The notes under the pieces: model-generated
Seen by the model: only the letters and a program-made list of their open reading frames with translations
Databases searched by the model: none
What the model was told of the DNA's origin: nothing
Assembly: GCA_028534125.1 (NCBI GenBank)
Contig: CM052816.1
Coordinates: forward strand, 15,254,001-15,318,000
From: Lama glama
Lineage: Eukaryota
Reading direction: 5' to 3'
Length of the DNA stretch: 64,000 bases
Shown: positions 10,009 through 22,854 of the stretch, piece by piece
Position numbering within the stretch: position 1 is the first letter of the stretch
Layout of the letters: each line of letters starts with the position of its first letter
Program-made: the position numbers and the translations under genes

Positions 10009-12300
10009 CTATAAAAGGGCAAGTCAGCACACTGTAGCCACAACAGGTTTAAAGGGTCTTAAACATCAATAATTTTGTTGTTGGTGGAAATTTTACACTG
10101 AACACTGCTTGAAATAAGTAGGTCCAGAAACCTTGATGATAGTTTTATTCCTTGAAAGAGCTGTTATTCTCATGAGGTTTGATCTATGCCTAAGCAAGGT
10201 GTTTCTTAATGACTTGAGGACTCACTATGGGTGTGCAAGATTTTCTTCTGCCTCCACTAAAATCCCAAAATCAATAATGGCTCTCACAACAGGCCTTTGA
10301 TTCCATGTGAGAACAAACGGTAGTTCTCAAACCTCAGCAACATGAACCATTCTGTTGGCTTCTAGCATTCCCGTACCATATATACTCCCATATATTCATG
10401 GGACAAAAAAGAAAATCTGTATTAGAACGCTTTTGAGTTCATTTACATTCAATTTCATTTTCAGATGAGGAAAGTGAAGCCCAGAGATGAGAAAATGATT
10501 TGCCTAATGTCATATGGCTTCAAGTGGCAGAAATGAAAATAGAATTTTGCCTTGACTCTTGTTCTGCTGTACCCGTGAGGCCTCCCCCCAAATCCCTTGT
10601 ATGTTTTGAAAGTAATTAAGTTCTTACCTGAGCTAGGTTTAATCCAAGGTTCAGGTTGGTAAAATAGCAGTAAAGTAATGCCAGGAAGAGTCAAGACAGA
10701 GGAAGAAGAGATTATAGCAGGCAAAATGGAATGGGGAATAGGCTACTGGGATCCAAACAGAAAGAAAAGAAAGCATTGCTGCTAAGAGGCCAAGAAGGAG
10801 GGTATCCTAAGTAATTGCTACAAACTGCACAGCTCCTGTTTCCTCCTAATCATCCTTTGAGTTTCTCATAATTGCCTCCTCTCCTTAGAGTTCTAGTTCC
10901 TGACTTGAGATAGAATTTCTCATTCTGTTGTCCTCACGGTGTAGAAGATAGGGTTAAGAACTCCTTCAATAATTCAAATGTATTGTAGATAGTTAAAACA
11001 CAACAGAACTCACCTTTTTGTCCCACTGAATAACTTACTTAATATTATCTCTCACTAGTGAATGTTTCATCAAGAATAGTTTCATTCATTTCACTAATAC
11101 TAGGTGATTTTTTTGTTATTTTTGTTGTTAGTTGTAAGTGGAAACAGCAAGATATGTAGGTGATCCAAGGGGTCTTTTATCCCCCTCAAGGCAAGGGGGT
11201 CTCTTGAGAGTACTTGATGTGGTTATCAAGCACTACAATGGCAATAGTTTCAATACCAGTGATACTTTTCAAATCCACTTAAAATTGAAAATAAATGAGG
11301 TTACAAAAGCACTCTCATATTTAAGATGATATGGAAGACAAACAAACCAGGTATGTCTAACACAGAACAAATATGGTGTTCCTCATTTAGTGTTGGCTCT
11401 AGAAGCCAGGAAGAGAAGACTAAGAACTGTTGGTATGAAAGTAAAAAAGAATGCTTCTAGTATGACTCTGCCTCCAGTTAATATTTTTCTATTCATCTTT
11501 CTTTGACTTGATACATGTTTTGGCTTCTCTATCAGCCTCAAACATTTTGTTTTATTTTTTAGATTGCCTATATCTAAGACCAACCATATTAAAATATGTG
11601 TAAGTTGATGACTGTTCTTTTCAATGGGATAGTTTTTCCTTCTGTAGTGCATCAGATTCTTGGCATAGCCTATAGTTTGGACAAAGCAATCCATTCAGTG
11701 TTCCAGAGTTTAGCCTATTGACCATACCAGCTCTTCATGGAACTAAGCCCAGAATTAGTCATATATTTATAAACATTATTCAGTTGATTCAACAATACAA
11801 CAGAATTACAGGAGTCACTCCCTCCCCCTCATATGTCCCCACCCAAATAAAACTTAAAACACCTATAACCAAAATAAATCTTTAGATAAAGAAAATCAGA
11901 AACACAAAAGGAATCTGACGGATGATCTGGGTATCCTTAAGTTTGTTTGGTGTCATCTGACTGAAATTCTGTTATTCTTATTGACAAGCTTACGATCCAC
12001 AAAGAGCTAAACCTATCAGTGGCCTGTCTGCTAAAGTCAGATAAGACACACTGCAGGGGCTTGAAACTCTCTCACTTATAAAATGATATGGAAGAGAACA
12101 AGGAATGTTTAACACAGAGTAAGTGTACAACTAGTTTTAAAAGTGCTTTTCAAGGCAGTCTAAGAATGGACTCTAAAGTGTAAAATGTGAGAAGTCTATT
12201 ACAAATATAGTATTAACCTGGTTCAATATGATTGTGGATTGGGTAATACCTGTATGACCACTGAAAGGATCACACCCCACTTCTAAACACTGTTCATCTT

Positions 12301-12306
12301 TTTATT
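12301..12306 (-). terminator. Polyadenylation signal of full-length ANKHD1
   Basis: AATAAA on the minus strand about 400 nt after the ANKHD1 stop. Confidence 0.7.
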
Positions 12307-12705
12307 GAATATTCTGGTAAATATTTCACATTAATACAGGCTACATTAAGTAGAGCCACTATATGACAAGAAATTTACTCAACTTTTTCCTTTTAAGTAT
12401 GTAAACAATTGTACATGTATTTACCACCCTAAAAGGTTGAAACATGTAATCATCTAATTCTCTTCTGCATACAAGTAGCATTCTGTATGTTTAGCCCAAA
12501 GCACTAAATTCAAAATGGCTAAACTAACCAGAGAACATAATCAGGTGGATAGGAAATCACTTTGTTCTTATACAATGGGCAATCAAATTTCCATTGTTAA
12601 AGCCTCAGAGAAAATTCCTTAGGCAGATTAAAAAAAAAAAATTCCCCAGGGTTCTTCCAAGGTCAAAGGTTTCTCAAACAAGGCTAAAGAGTAAGACCTT
12701 CTAAC

Positions 12706-12765
12706 TTAGTTGACATATTTGAGATGCATGTTTCCAATATGAGGTGCCCACGTGCCAGGCCAAAT
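12706..12765 (-). CDS. ANKHD1: ANKHD1 terminal coding exon
   Basis: cctcccccttttcag acceptor. Encodes IWPGTWAPHIGNMHLKYVN-TAA. Confidence 0.95.
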   Translation of the reverse strand: MWPGTWAPHIGNMHLKYVN

Positions 12766-13042
12766 CTGAAAAGGGGGAGGAAAAATTGGAATTTCTAATT
12801 AGGAATCTTTAGACATTTATAAAACGAATATATAAATGCAATGGCAATTCACTGTTTCTGCCTAGGAAAAATACACATACATGAAATTAAATGTTAAGTA
12901 GCATCATCTTGATATTGACAAACTTAATTCAGATCAAAGTGGTGAGATGTCATGACTTCTGATATTCAGAACTTGTACTACCCAAAGAATTAAAAGAATG
13001 ACACAATAAATCTGAAAAATAACAGCATTAAGTCCATTTTAC

Positions 13043-13207
13043 CTGCTGAGCATCAGTGCATTCAGTTGAATTTTGAATAACTTTTATCATAGGGTTCCAA
13101 GCAGGATCTGGGTTGTGGAGTCCATTAAACAGAGGGCCTCCCGGAACATCAGCAAGTTGGGGATGGGAGGGTATTATGGTGCCTCCATACATGGAAATTG
13201 GCAGACC
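13043..13207 (-). CDS. ANKHD1: ANKHD1 penultimate exon
   Basis: 165 nt, phase 0-0. Encodes GLPISMYGGTIIPSHPQLADVPGGPLFNGLHNPDPAWNPMIKVIQNSTECTDAQQ; donor gtaaaa. Confidence 0.95.
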
Positions 13208-13877
13208 CTAAAACGGCGGAAAGGTTTACTCATGAAGTGATTATAAATGATGAGTCCATAATACCAGCATAGATCTCTCTAACTGCCTTTCATTCAAAGG
13301 ACTCCAGAGGATCCTAATAAATACGGCATCGTAAAGAACTAAAAAACCAGAGGTGGTTATCTGTATCAGCAACACTTTTCAATGAGAAGAGGGAAAAAAC
13401 AACTAAATCCAATATCAAATCAAAAGGAAATTTCTAATATTTGATGAACACCTATAATATCCTCAACTTTCCACATTTTAGATTTACTAATAAGCTTGTG
13501 CTAAGAAAACAGAACTCTACACAATTGCTTGCAGCCACAATCTGGCTTTATGGCAGCCAGGGAGCTCTCAAGCTGACAAGAGGACAGTGGGGAGCTCACA
13601 GCCAGCTTTTTAGAAGGGCAGCCAAATGCAAAGTAGCAAAACTCAAATCTCTCAGGTTTTGGGGGGAAGCTGGGGGCATCTTCAGGATTAGTTTGAGGAC
13701 AAACTAATATAGACCACATAACCCACTCTTAAAATTGGGTAAAAGATCTGGCAAAGACATGGAAACAGACTAGTTAAACTAGAAGGGAGAATTATTTCAG
13801 TACAAATTACTCCTTAACACGTGACTACATTGGCTGGCAAATTGTTAAACAGGTTACAACGAGACTTGTCAACTTAC

Positions 13878-14053
13878 TTTAGAAAAATCCACAAAACTGT
13901 TTGCCATTGGCTGATGAAAAATGTTAGAGGGGGCTACCATTCCAGAATCATCTCTCTCCATTGGCTGATGCTGAGAGAATGTGCTTGGGTCTGATAATTG
14001 TTGATGCATTGGATGGTTCCCTATCACAGACTGTGACCAACCTGATAAGCCTT
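13878..14053 (-). CDS. ANKHD1: ANKHD1 exon
   Basis: 176 nt. Encodes (E)GLSGWSQSVIGNHPMHQQLSDPSTFSQHQPMERDDSGMVAPSNIFHQPMANSFVDFSK; tttgtag and gtaagt splice sites. Confidence 0.93.
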
Positions 14054-14610
14054 CTACAAAGAAGAATTGAGAAAAGGGTTAGATATTTATTTGGATTAAA
14101 TAACAAAATATTACCATTTGATCATTTTTTCTCACACTAAATTTAATCAAGATCATGCCTTTGACAAGCTCAGGACACATTCATGACAATTTCTGCAAAC
14201 TGAAAAGACACGAGTTTCTAGAAAATTAGGTAGAGTTCTCTGAATGCCCCAGTCTACCTGTACTTCAAAAGATTAACTGCTCTCTGAAGGAAATCAAATG
14301 ATTGTCCCATTTTACAATGAAAAGCTTAAGAGAGGGGAAAAGAAGTATACTTTGAATCTTTTACTTCTATTCAATTCTATTTATTATTTTATATATGTTA
14401 TTTATTATCATACACATTACATATATTATTATGTGTAACCCAAACTAACATTCCAGATTTTGAGACAAGATTGAACTCAAAGGTTTAAACAACCCTAACT
14501 GATTAAGTGTAAGAACTAAGCTTTTTTTTTTTTAAGGAACTATATTTTAATGGCAAAATCCCACAACTTACTTGAGATATCCCTTCAGATAGATGGCAAC
14601 GTAACTGTAC

Positions 14611-14862
14611 CTGACATGGCATTGACGCCGAATGACCAGATTCCACTGTGTCCAACAGGAGCGACAAAACTGGTCCCCACAGGGGCTTGTGTTACAGACC
14701 CTCCTTGTCGAATCCGGGCTAGTCTCTCTGTTCCAATAGGGGGAGGTATCTTTCGATCCTGACTGGCACTACCTCCTTTTGGTTGGCCCAAAGTTGGGGG
14801 GGCAGAAGTGGCTGAAAGAGGTGAAGATGATCCCGAAGAAACAGATGGAATAGGAGAGTCAC
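14611..14862 (-). CDS. ANKHD1: ANKHD1 exon (alternative in-frame acceptor at 14811)
   Basis: 252 nt (or 201 nt). Encodes (C)DSPIPSVSSGSSSPLSATSAPPTLGQPK...KIPPPIGTERLARIRQ...VNAMS; donor gtacag. Confidence 0.9.
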
Positions 14863-15217
14863 CTGGTGGCAAAATATTTCTCTATTGTTTTATTACATAT
14901 AAAAACTAATTATAAGAATATGAGAAACCTTGTTGGAAAGATCTATTCCATAACACAGGTACTGTAAAGAAAATTTTCATTTTACAAGAGCATTCAAATG
15001 AAAATATCTAAGTTCTTAAACATTACCCTATACTACTTCTGCCTGTAGTAAGTATAAACAGTCTGAAAAATAGCTAAGTATAAAAATAGAAGAAATTAAA
15101 AAAAGAAAAAATAGTAAATATAAACAAATACTCAAAAGCTTTTTCAAATTGAACTGAACAAGGCTAGAAAGGAAGGCCATATTTATTCTTACTCTAGTTC
15201 TAAAAAAATATTCTTAA

Positions 15218-15368
15218 GGGAGGAGGGTATAGCTCAGTGGTAGAGTGCATGTTTAGCATGCACAAGGTCCTGAGTTCAATCCCCAGTACCTCCATTGAAA
15301 AAAAAAAAAAAAGCTAAATAATCTAATTACCTCCCCTAGCAAAATACCTAAATAGTAACAAAAAAAGT
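15218..15368 (+). mobile_element. tRNA-derived SINE (camelid Vic-1-like)
   Basis: gggtatagctcagtggtagag (A box) ... gagttcaatcccc (B box), A-tract, ctaattacctcccc 3' module. Confidence 0.85.
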
Positions 15369-16164
15369 TTTTTTTAATCGTCTCACAATATATATTGTCA
15401 CATTTTAAATTAGCTTAAAATGTGGCAGTGTTTGGATGGTACCTAGCATACTGTCTGGAAAACAATATAATACATTTATTAGCTATATACTTACTAGCTT
15501 TTTTCTTTTTTCTCTCTCTATACTCCTTTTTTCCCCCACAAGGAAGAAAGGTTAAATGTTGTCAAAGCATCGTAGGATTCAATTCACGGCTTTGTTTCCT
15601 AGTGGGACTCTCAGGTAATATGGGTAGTTTTCCATGTCAAAGGGCTACCACTTACTGACTACCTCATAATGCTCATTTAAAAAAATCAAATCCTATTCAA
15701 GTCCTGTTCTAACTTCATCTGTTCTAAATACTGAAATAACTAAGCCAGAACAGAGGAATATTTTTACTTATAAATGGCAACAATACAATTTCCTAAAATG
15801 TAAAAATAAATAAGGAATCATACCAAACTGACCAGATACTTAAGTTCAACTTAAATTCAACTTCTTTTCAGACTTAAGAAATTATTTCACAATACTGCCT
15901 CCAAAGAGTCCTTTTATAAAACTACTTGTACCTCTTTTCTTGATCCAAAACTCAATATAAACAAATCTGGCTTGGAAGAATAGCTTGACCCTTAAAGTTT
16001 TCTCTCCTACAAATGATTGATAAATTTTTGACATGACTGCAATACAAACCTTGGGTACCTGCATACCATTTAGATTACTAAAGTTATAATACAGGGTTCC
16101 CTGAAACAAATGGTTTAATAACTTATTCAAAACTTTTAGGTAAGAGTTCCTCCAGGATTCCTAC

Positions 16165-16341
16165 ATGAGTTTGAGGCGCTTGTCCAAGGGTGGGGAGAAA
16201 AATGTTGTCTGTTGAAACTAGGAGTCCCAACAGGAGCTGGCCCTTGCAGGAAAACCCGTGTTCCTGGTATGCTGGAAAAACTTGTCAGAGGAGCAGAAGA
16301 GGAAGATGGGGAGCTGCCTGATGGGTCAATGGACGGTAAAC
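16165..16341 (-). CDS. ANKHD1: ANKHD1 exon
   Basis: 177 nt, phase 1-1. Encodes (G)LPSIDPSGSSPSSSSAPLTSFSSIPGTRVFLQGPAPVGTPSFNRQHFSPHPWTSASNS. Confidence 0.9.
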
Positions 16342-17074
16342 CTGAAATAAAACAGGTCCAAGACATCTAATTAGCCAAAGCTTTAAAACTGAAAGTCCAA
16401 GGTTTACTTAATTCTTCTTTTAAAAAGAAGAAAGCATGTAGTTTATTTTGTGGATCACAGTAACAGGAATCCATTTATATTGTACTGTATGTCCCAAATC
16501 CATTTTTCACTTGCAGTCCAGAAGAATATCAAACAGCACTAGATATAGAAAAGTGAGCCCAGTGTTTAAGAACGGCAGTCACCTGAAGTATGTTCTAGAT
16601 AAATCTCAAAGTTTTCATTGGAGGGGACATGGGATAAGAGCATGTTATGAATACGGGTACCCATCAATAATTTCTGCTTTCCCTTTTGTGGGAAATCTCA
16701 AAGTACAGCTGTTCAGCTATATAGCTACAGTCATTTTCCCTGGAAGATGAATACCAAACCTACCAATGTTTCCTTCCTAACAAGGAGGAAAAGCATACTA
16801 TTAAACTAAAGATAATTTCAGTACTCCATCTGATTAAAAAAAAAATCTACAGTTGCAAACTACATCAAAGTTTCTATCCAGTTGACATAAATCTGAATTT
16901 AGCAGTCTTCTCAAACTCCACTCCTTTTTCTAGAAAACGTATTAGGGAAAGGGGACATGGGTCCAGAAAAGGATTACAGGTACTCATTTCAGGAAAAAGT
17001 AGTTAATATCAACATAAAATATTCAACACTTCTCAAGCAGGTCTTATTCATCTATTTTTAAAGTAGACAATTCA

Positions 17075-17745
17075 AAGTCTTTCAGTATAGTCCCAGGATT
17101 GTGGAACAATCACCACAATCAATTTTAGAACATTTGTGTCTACTCTAAAGAAACCCCTGTATGCATTACCTGTCGCTCTCCATCCTCCTTTACCCCTTAT
17201 CTGAACCTCTAAGCAACCACTAATATACTTTCTGTCTCTCTAGATTTGCCTATTCTGGAAACTTCATATAAATAGAATTATACAATAAATGATCTTTTGT
17301 GACTGGCTTCTGTCACTTAGCAAAATGTTTTCCAAGTTTATCCATGATGCAGCACAAATAAGTACTTCATTTCTTTCATTACATCTCATAATATAGAATA
17401 TAAATATAAAAATAGATACTATAATTAGAACGATATCTCATGATACAGATATATCACATTTTGTTTTTCCATTCATCAGTTGCTGGACTTTGGGTTGTTG
17501 CCACTATTTGCTATTATGAATGGTGCTGCTATGAACATTTGTGTACTAGTTTTTGTGTAAATATGTTTTCTCTTGGGTATACCTAGGAGCAGAATTACTG
17601 GATCACATGGTAACTCTTTTTAACCCTTTGAGGAGCTGTCAAACTGTTTTTCCAAAGTACCATTTAAAATTTCTACCAGCAGCATTTGAGGGTTCCAATT
17701 TCTCCACATCCTTTCCCATCTTCATAAGTATTACTATTTCTTACC
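17075..17745 (-). mobile_element. L1 (L1M-type) 3' fragment
   Basis: tttgcctattctggaaacttcatataaatagaattatac...gactggcttctgtcacttagc...gctgctatgaacatttgtgtac...aactgttttt, typical of an antisense L1M 3' end. Confidence 0.75.
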
Positions 17746-19308
17746 TGTAAACTAGGAGTGTAAACTATATCCATCAAAGAGCATCAACAAAAGAAATCAT
17801 ACACGCAGTTAAGATATGAGACCAGGCTTAGTCAATCCTGGACCCCAGAAGGAAGGTCAAAGTTTAATGCTTGCTATTTCAAAAAATTATTTTTTAATTA
17901 GAAGTGAATAATTTTGATGTTATAGATTTGAATAATTAAGGTCCCAAAATGTTGTCTTCTACCAAACTAGATGGATGATTTCCTTAACTTTCTTTTTTCC
18001 AGCCATTTATAATCTGCACATCTTGTTAGGATGCAGTATGTGGTGTGTAAAGTGCTCAAACACTGGAATATGAGAGATTTGAAGTTTATCTCTAGCTAAG
18101 GCACTCTAAATTCACATATTAGTGCCAGCCAAGTCAAGGATTAATGCTTTCTACCACAGCCTGAGCACTGGCAATGTGCTCTTCTTTCATCCTGGGGTGT
18201 TTGAAAACCTTTATAAGTTTGCCCAAAACAAAAAGTTAATAAAATAGATACCTATTTATAGAAAAGAAGAAAAAAAAAATCCTAGAGAGTATTTTGGATC
18301 ATACAGTCTTGCATAAGCTGTATTTCTTTTTGAAAGATGATATAACACTATGTTATCCTGAAAAGACAAGTAAACGGAAACATATCTGATATAAAAGCTA
18401 AGACTATACCGTATCCATAGTCTCACAACTTTTGAACAACTTAGATCAGTTATAATTAGCAAAAAGGAAGGATGGGCTATGGGACCGCTATCTAACTGGA
18501 AGAAAAATGCTAAGTGCCAATAGTTCTTCTTATCCCCATTCCAGGTCAGCTACAATTTCTAATTTGTTTTTTATAACAGTGCAGATTGGAATAAAATTTG
18601 GCCTTTAGACTCTGGAAAATAGACTCTGATTTGCCAAATATCTCCAAGCCACCACTAGCCTCTTATCTTTCTAAATATTTTTTATACTGCCTCAGCAGCT
18701 GGTTTCTGATTTCAAGGAACAAACAGCTAAATCTTAGTCGGTTTTTTAAAAATAAGAGCCCACATATGACTTGGTCTCTTACAAAAGCTCCATCTAATGT
18801 AAATAATATAGTTACTATTAAACTACATCATTTAATATTCATTCCAAGCACCCAACACTGAAAACAAAGAATGTAGATTATGGATTGGGGCCTAAATACC
18901 TTCATAACTCAAACATTTACAATCTAAGAAATGCAAACAATCACTATGATTTTAAAAATGTCTGTAATTTTGGATCCTTGAAGCATACTATGACTCCTTT
19001 TTTATTAACATCATCTTACATCAATTCTAAGAAAATGGACTGACACAAAGTATAACTTCCTTGATATGAGAGATGAAGAGATCATAAAGGACAATATAAA
19101 GCAGCTCACATGTGAGTGATTTACCTAGGGCTACTTTTTTCTCCACTCAATCAGCAGTCATTAAAGGGTCTTTACTATTTATGACATACTCTTCGTTTCT
19201 TTAAGATCATGCAAGATTATGTACAAAATAAATGCTTTATTATCTTGGAAGACAGATTATGCTCTTAGAGCCCCAAACTGTACTGTAGCAATAGTTATAA
19301 TAACTTAC

Positions 19309-20921
19309 CAACTGGACTAGTAGAAACTCGCTGGGAAGTTGGTCTGAAGCCAGGTGCCTTGGAGTTGTCAGGGTGCACGTTTTCCAGGTGTCCAAGTACA
19401 GAGTTACCCAGGAATGCTGACTGAACAGTGAAAGAGGCATCTGCAGCAACTCGTGAGGACAGTGGACCATCTCCCCAACCTTGGTTAGCTGGCACCTGGC
19501 TGCTATCAAAAAGACTACTGAAGTGATTGAAAAGCGTGGCTGGGCCAAATGTAGGTGGCAAAGATTTATTCGCTGGGTTAATGTGCATCTGAGAACCATT
19601 CATAATGTTCATGGCTGAAGAAAGCTGCACTGCAGCTGGTGGGCCTTGCGGTGGTGTTAAAGGAACTGGATTTGTAACAAAAATAGACTGGGGATCCTGG
19701 TGTATAGTTGCATTTGGTACCACCGAGTAAAATGAACCTCTGGGCTGCATTCGATGAGAAACTCGAGGTGCTGGTACAGCTAACTGAGGTAAATTATTGG
19801 TATCCTGATTATCAGCAGCAACCATTCTGGGTGATGCCAAAGTCAGTGGAGCAGGTTCTGAATTAGATGCAAAAGGCATTGACACAGGACTTAAATCAGA
19901 CAAACCAGGTGGCTGTGCTTCCTCCTGTGTATTATTGGAGGGAGGAGTGGGACTACCAGATGGGTGAGTTTCTGGAGCTCCTGCGGTGTTGCTGGCAGAG
20001 CTACTGCAGCTATTTGCAGTTGAAGAAGAGGTACACAGGTTTGCCATGGACTGGTCCTGTGTTGACACTTTCTCTTTGTGGGGCGGCATGGCAGAGAAAG
20101 ACTCCATCTTTTGTGAAGAAAGCTGTCCTTGAGGAGTACTTGCGGGCAGAAACGCGGTGGGAACTTGCCCACTATTGATAGGTGCAGAGGAGACAGAAGG
20201 CAGGGAACTACAAGTGCTTGTCACAGAAGAAATCACCGTTGCTGGAGGACTTGTCTTGGGCACACAGGCAAACAACTGCTTTCTGACTGATGAAGGAGTC
20301 CGGGTATTAGTCACACACAGTTGCTGACTGGCAGTAACTACAGAAGAGACAGTGACAGGACAACTGGCAGTAGCTAGTCCAGCAGATTCGGAGGGTAGAA
20401 CAGTCCCGTTCTGGTTAGGAAGACGGCCTGTATTATTATGCTTTGGAGAGCTATTTGTGTTGCCAGGATTCACAGGTCTCACTGGGAATGGTCCCCAAGT
20501 GTTAGGAGAGGGTGAAAAGGTTCCTCCAAACTGGGCCATGGGTAAGCGAGGATGCCGAATCTGTTGCATAGTTTGAGCAGCCAGCAGGGCAAAATGAGGG
20601 TGGGGATAAGCTAAGGGGAGAGAAACTGGGAAAGAAGAACGTACATTTGTTGGAACGTTCTTACTAAGTTTATTAGTGGGCTGGAACGTAGATAATGTTG
20701 TTGCCTGTGAAGTTACAAGACTTGGAGCACCCAAGGGAAATGCATTTTTACTGGAAGCTGTTGTGGTGCCTACTCCAGGTGAGAAGTTTGCATGAATGGA
20801 TTTGGTGCTGGCAGGTGTTCTGATATGGTTTTTAGGAATCAAGTCTTCCAGTTCCTTAGCAGGATCTTGAATAAGTGCATTAATAAGCTGAACTGCATAT
20901 CTTGTTGATTCTGTACCACCC
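19309..20921 (-). CDS. ANKHD1: ANKHD1 large exon (end of KH domain plus S/T/P-rich low-complexity region)
   Basis: 1613 nt inside the 571-aa ORF. Runs GGTESTRYAVQLINALIQDP...QRVSTSPV; ctctccag and gtaagt splice sites. Confidence 0.96.
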
Positions 20922-21080
20922 CTGGAGAGAAAACAAACAAAAAACAAGATCAAAACCATAAAAAAAACTAGGTAATCTTTACCATGAAATAAAATTCTTG
21001 ATTGTACCATGCCAACAAAAATATGCTTCTCATAAAATTTAATTTCCTCACAAAACTAACAATATATATTTCACAATTAC

Positions 21081-21230
21081 CTTATTGTGATCATTCTCTC
21101 GCCATTCTTATCTTTTTGTTTATCCACATCAATATGGGCACCGGTAACATCCTGTATTGCAGTGATATTACATCCCCCTCTTCCCATTATCCTGGAAACC
21201 ACGGAGGCTGGAACAGACAATTTCTTTGAC
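21081..21230 (-). CDS. ANKHD1: ANKHD1 KH-domain exon
   Basis: 150 nt. Encodes SKKLSVPASVVSRIMGRGGCNITAIQDVTGAHIDVDKQKDKNGERMITI(R) with the KH GxxG loop (GRGG). Confidence 0.96.
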
Positions 21231-22365
21231 CTATAAAAAAGACCATAGATGAGCTTATGAAACCAAATGACTTTATTAAAAAGATGTCTCAGTAAGTATG
21301 TTCATGGACATTTGCAGAATACTATTTCTCAAACCTAAAAGAGAAAATTATTGGAAGTTTTTATTTTAGAAACTGACCACATCATATTTAACTTAGTAAA
21401 GGTAAAAATTACATTGCCATTAAAAAAATATATATATATGTATATATATATATTAAATCAATCACAATCTAAGCATTCAAATCTGCCCAACTATTATGTT
21501 AGTGATAAACTGCAATGGTCATATGTATCGAGACTTTCTAAATTAAAATAATGCATACCATTTTGTTAAATTCCATACTGGATATGAATAATAAAGGCTA
21601 GCTTATCAGTATCAACAACTTTATTTAGCAATAAAAAAATAAAGCCTCAGATTTGAATTATATAAAAAGCAACTCACAAGTGGAGCCTGGGACTTCTACC
21701 TGTGTGTGAGGCGAGTGGAACTAGAGAAAAGACCAGAGGCCGATCTTGGATCTGATAAGATGGCCTGGGTGTCCCACAGGATTATCAAGGAAACCCAGTG
21801 TTTGCTGGCCAAACCAAATGAGAGCAACACCCATTATTTTCATGTGGTCATTGATGGCTGCCTCCTATGAGGGATGGACCCTCAAACTTTGAACTATAGC
21901 ATCCAGAAGAATACCTAATGGTAGCCTCTGAAATACATTTCTTGATCAAAATTTATCATCTTAATGTAAAAGGATTGGGAACAATATATTTAAGATATTT
22001 TGAAAGCTAGAGCATCAATTAGGCTGTATGCCATGAATAATACGTAAAATCAATCTGATCATCAGGTATGCATCACTTCTCCTGTTCTGCCAAGACTTCT
22101 TCCTTTTTTATTTGTTTTTAATAGACACAAAGTCTTAGAAACATTACAGAAAAAAAAGCCCTGATATCTTAGTCCTTTGGTAATTAAATGCACATTAACA
22201 AATCTATGTCTTGTCCTGATTCCCTGTTGTAAAGCATGAGCAGAGACTAGAAATATCTTCTGGATTGTTGTGAAACATTTAAAAGCACTAGCCCCTCTCT
22301 GCTTTTATTATAAAGCAGTGTGAATGAAGGAAGTTGTCAAAGTTAGCTACAGGGGTGTGGGTGTT

Positions 22366-22367
22366 TT

Positions 22368-22441
<74 letters not shown>
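22366..22441 (+). repeat. (TTTC)19 microsatellite
   Basis: Perfect tetranucleotide array read directly. Confidence 0.95.
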
Positions 22442-22443
<2 letters not shown>

Positions 22444-22731
22444 TTTTTGAGGGGGAAGGTAGTTTTAATTTTATGGGCTTCTTTCTCCCCTCTTATGGTG
22501 ATCTAACTGCATTGGTTAAAAGGAGATAACCAGTTCTTCAGAATAGTTCTTTTCTAGCCAGGTCTAACTTTATTTAAATGCTGTAGATGGACAAGCTTGT
22601 CTGAATTAAAATGGGACCATTAAACAACATGACAGTCCTCACTAATAAGATTGTGACTTTGTTGTCAAGTGAAACTTGATCTTTTTGTATGGTTTGTCTG
22701 TAAAATGTAATCTTATGTGTTTTTTAAAATC

Positions 22732-22854
22732 TTTTTTTGGGGGGGAGACGGGGGTAATTAGATTTATTTATTTTTAATGGAGGTACTGGGGAATGAACCC
22801 AGGACTTCATGCATGCTAAGCATGCACTCTAACACTGAGCTATACCCTCTTCCC
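22732..22854 (-). mobile_element. tRNA-derived SINE inserted in the UBE2N retrocopy 3' UTR
   Basis: Reverse complement of the same SINE head and 3' module; imperfect flanking repeat aatctt(at)gtg. Confidence 0.85.

Noticed and set aside
10010..10017. TATAAAAG on the plus strand
   Set aside because: It is the reverse complement of the bridging exon's acceptor (cttttatag); no other promoter features nearby.
15218..15294. Apparent tRNA-Ala genes (also at 22780-22854, 29447-29521, 45063-45139)
   Set aside because: Each is followed by an A-rich tail, several have target-site duplications, and the copies diverge from one another; they are SINE heads, not tRNA genes.
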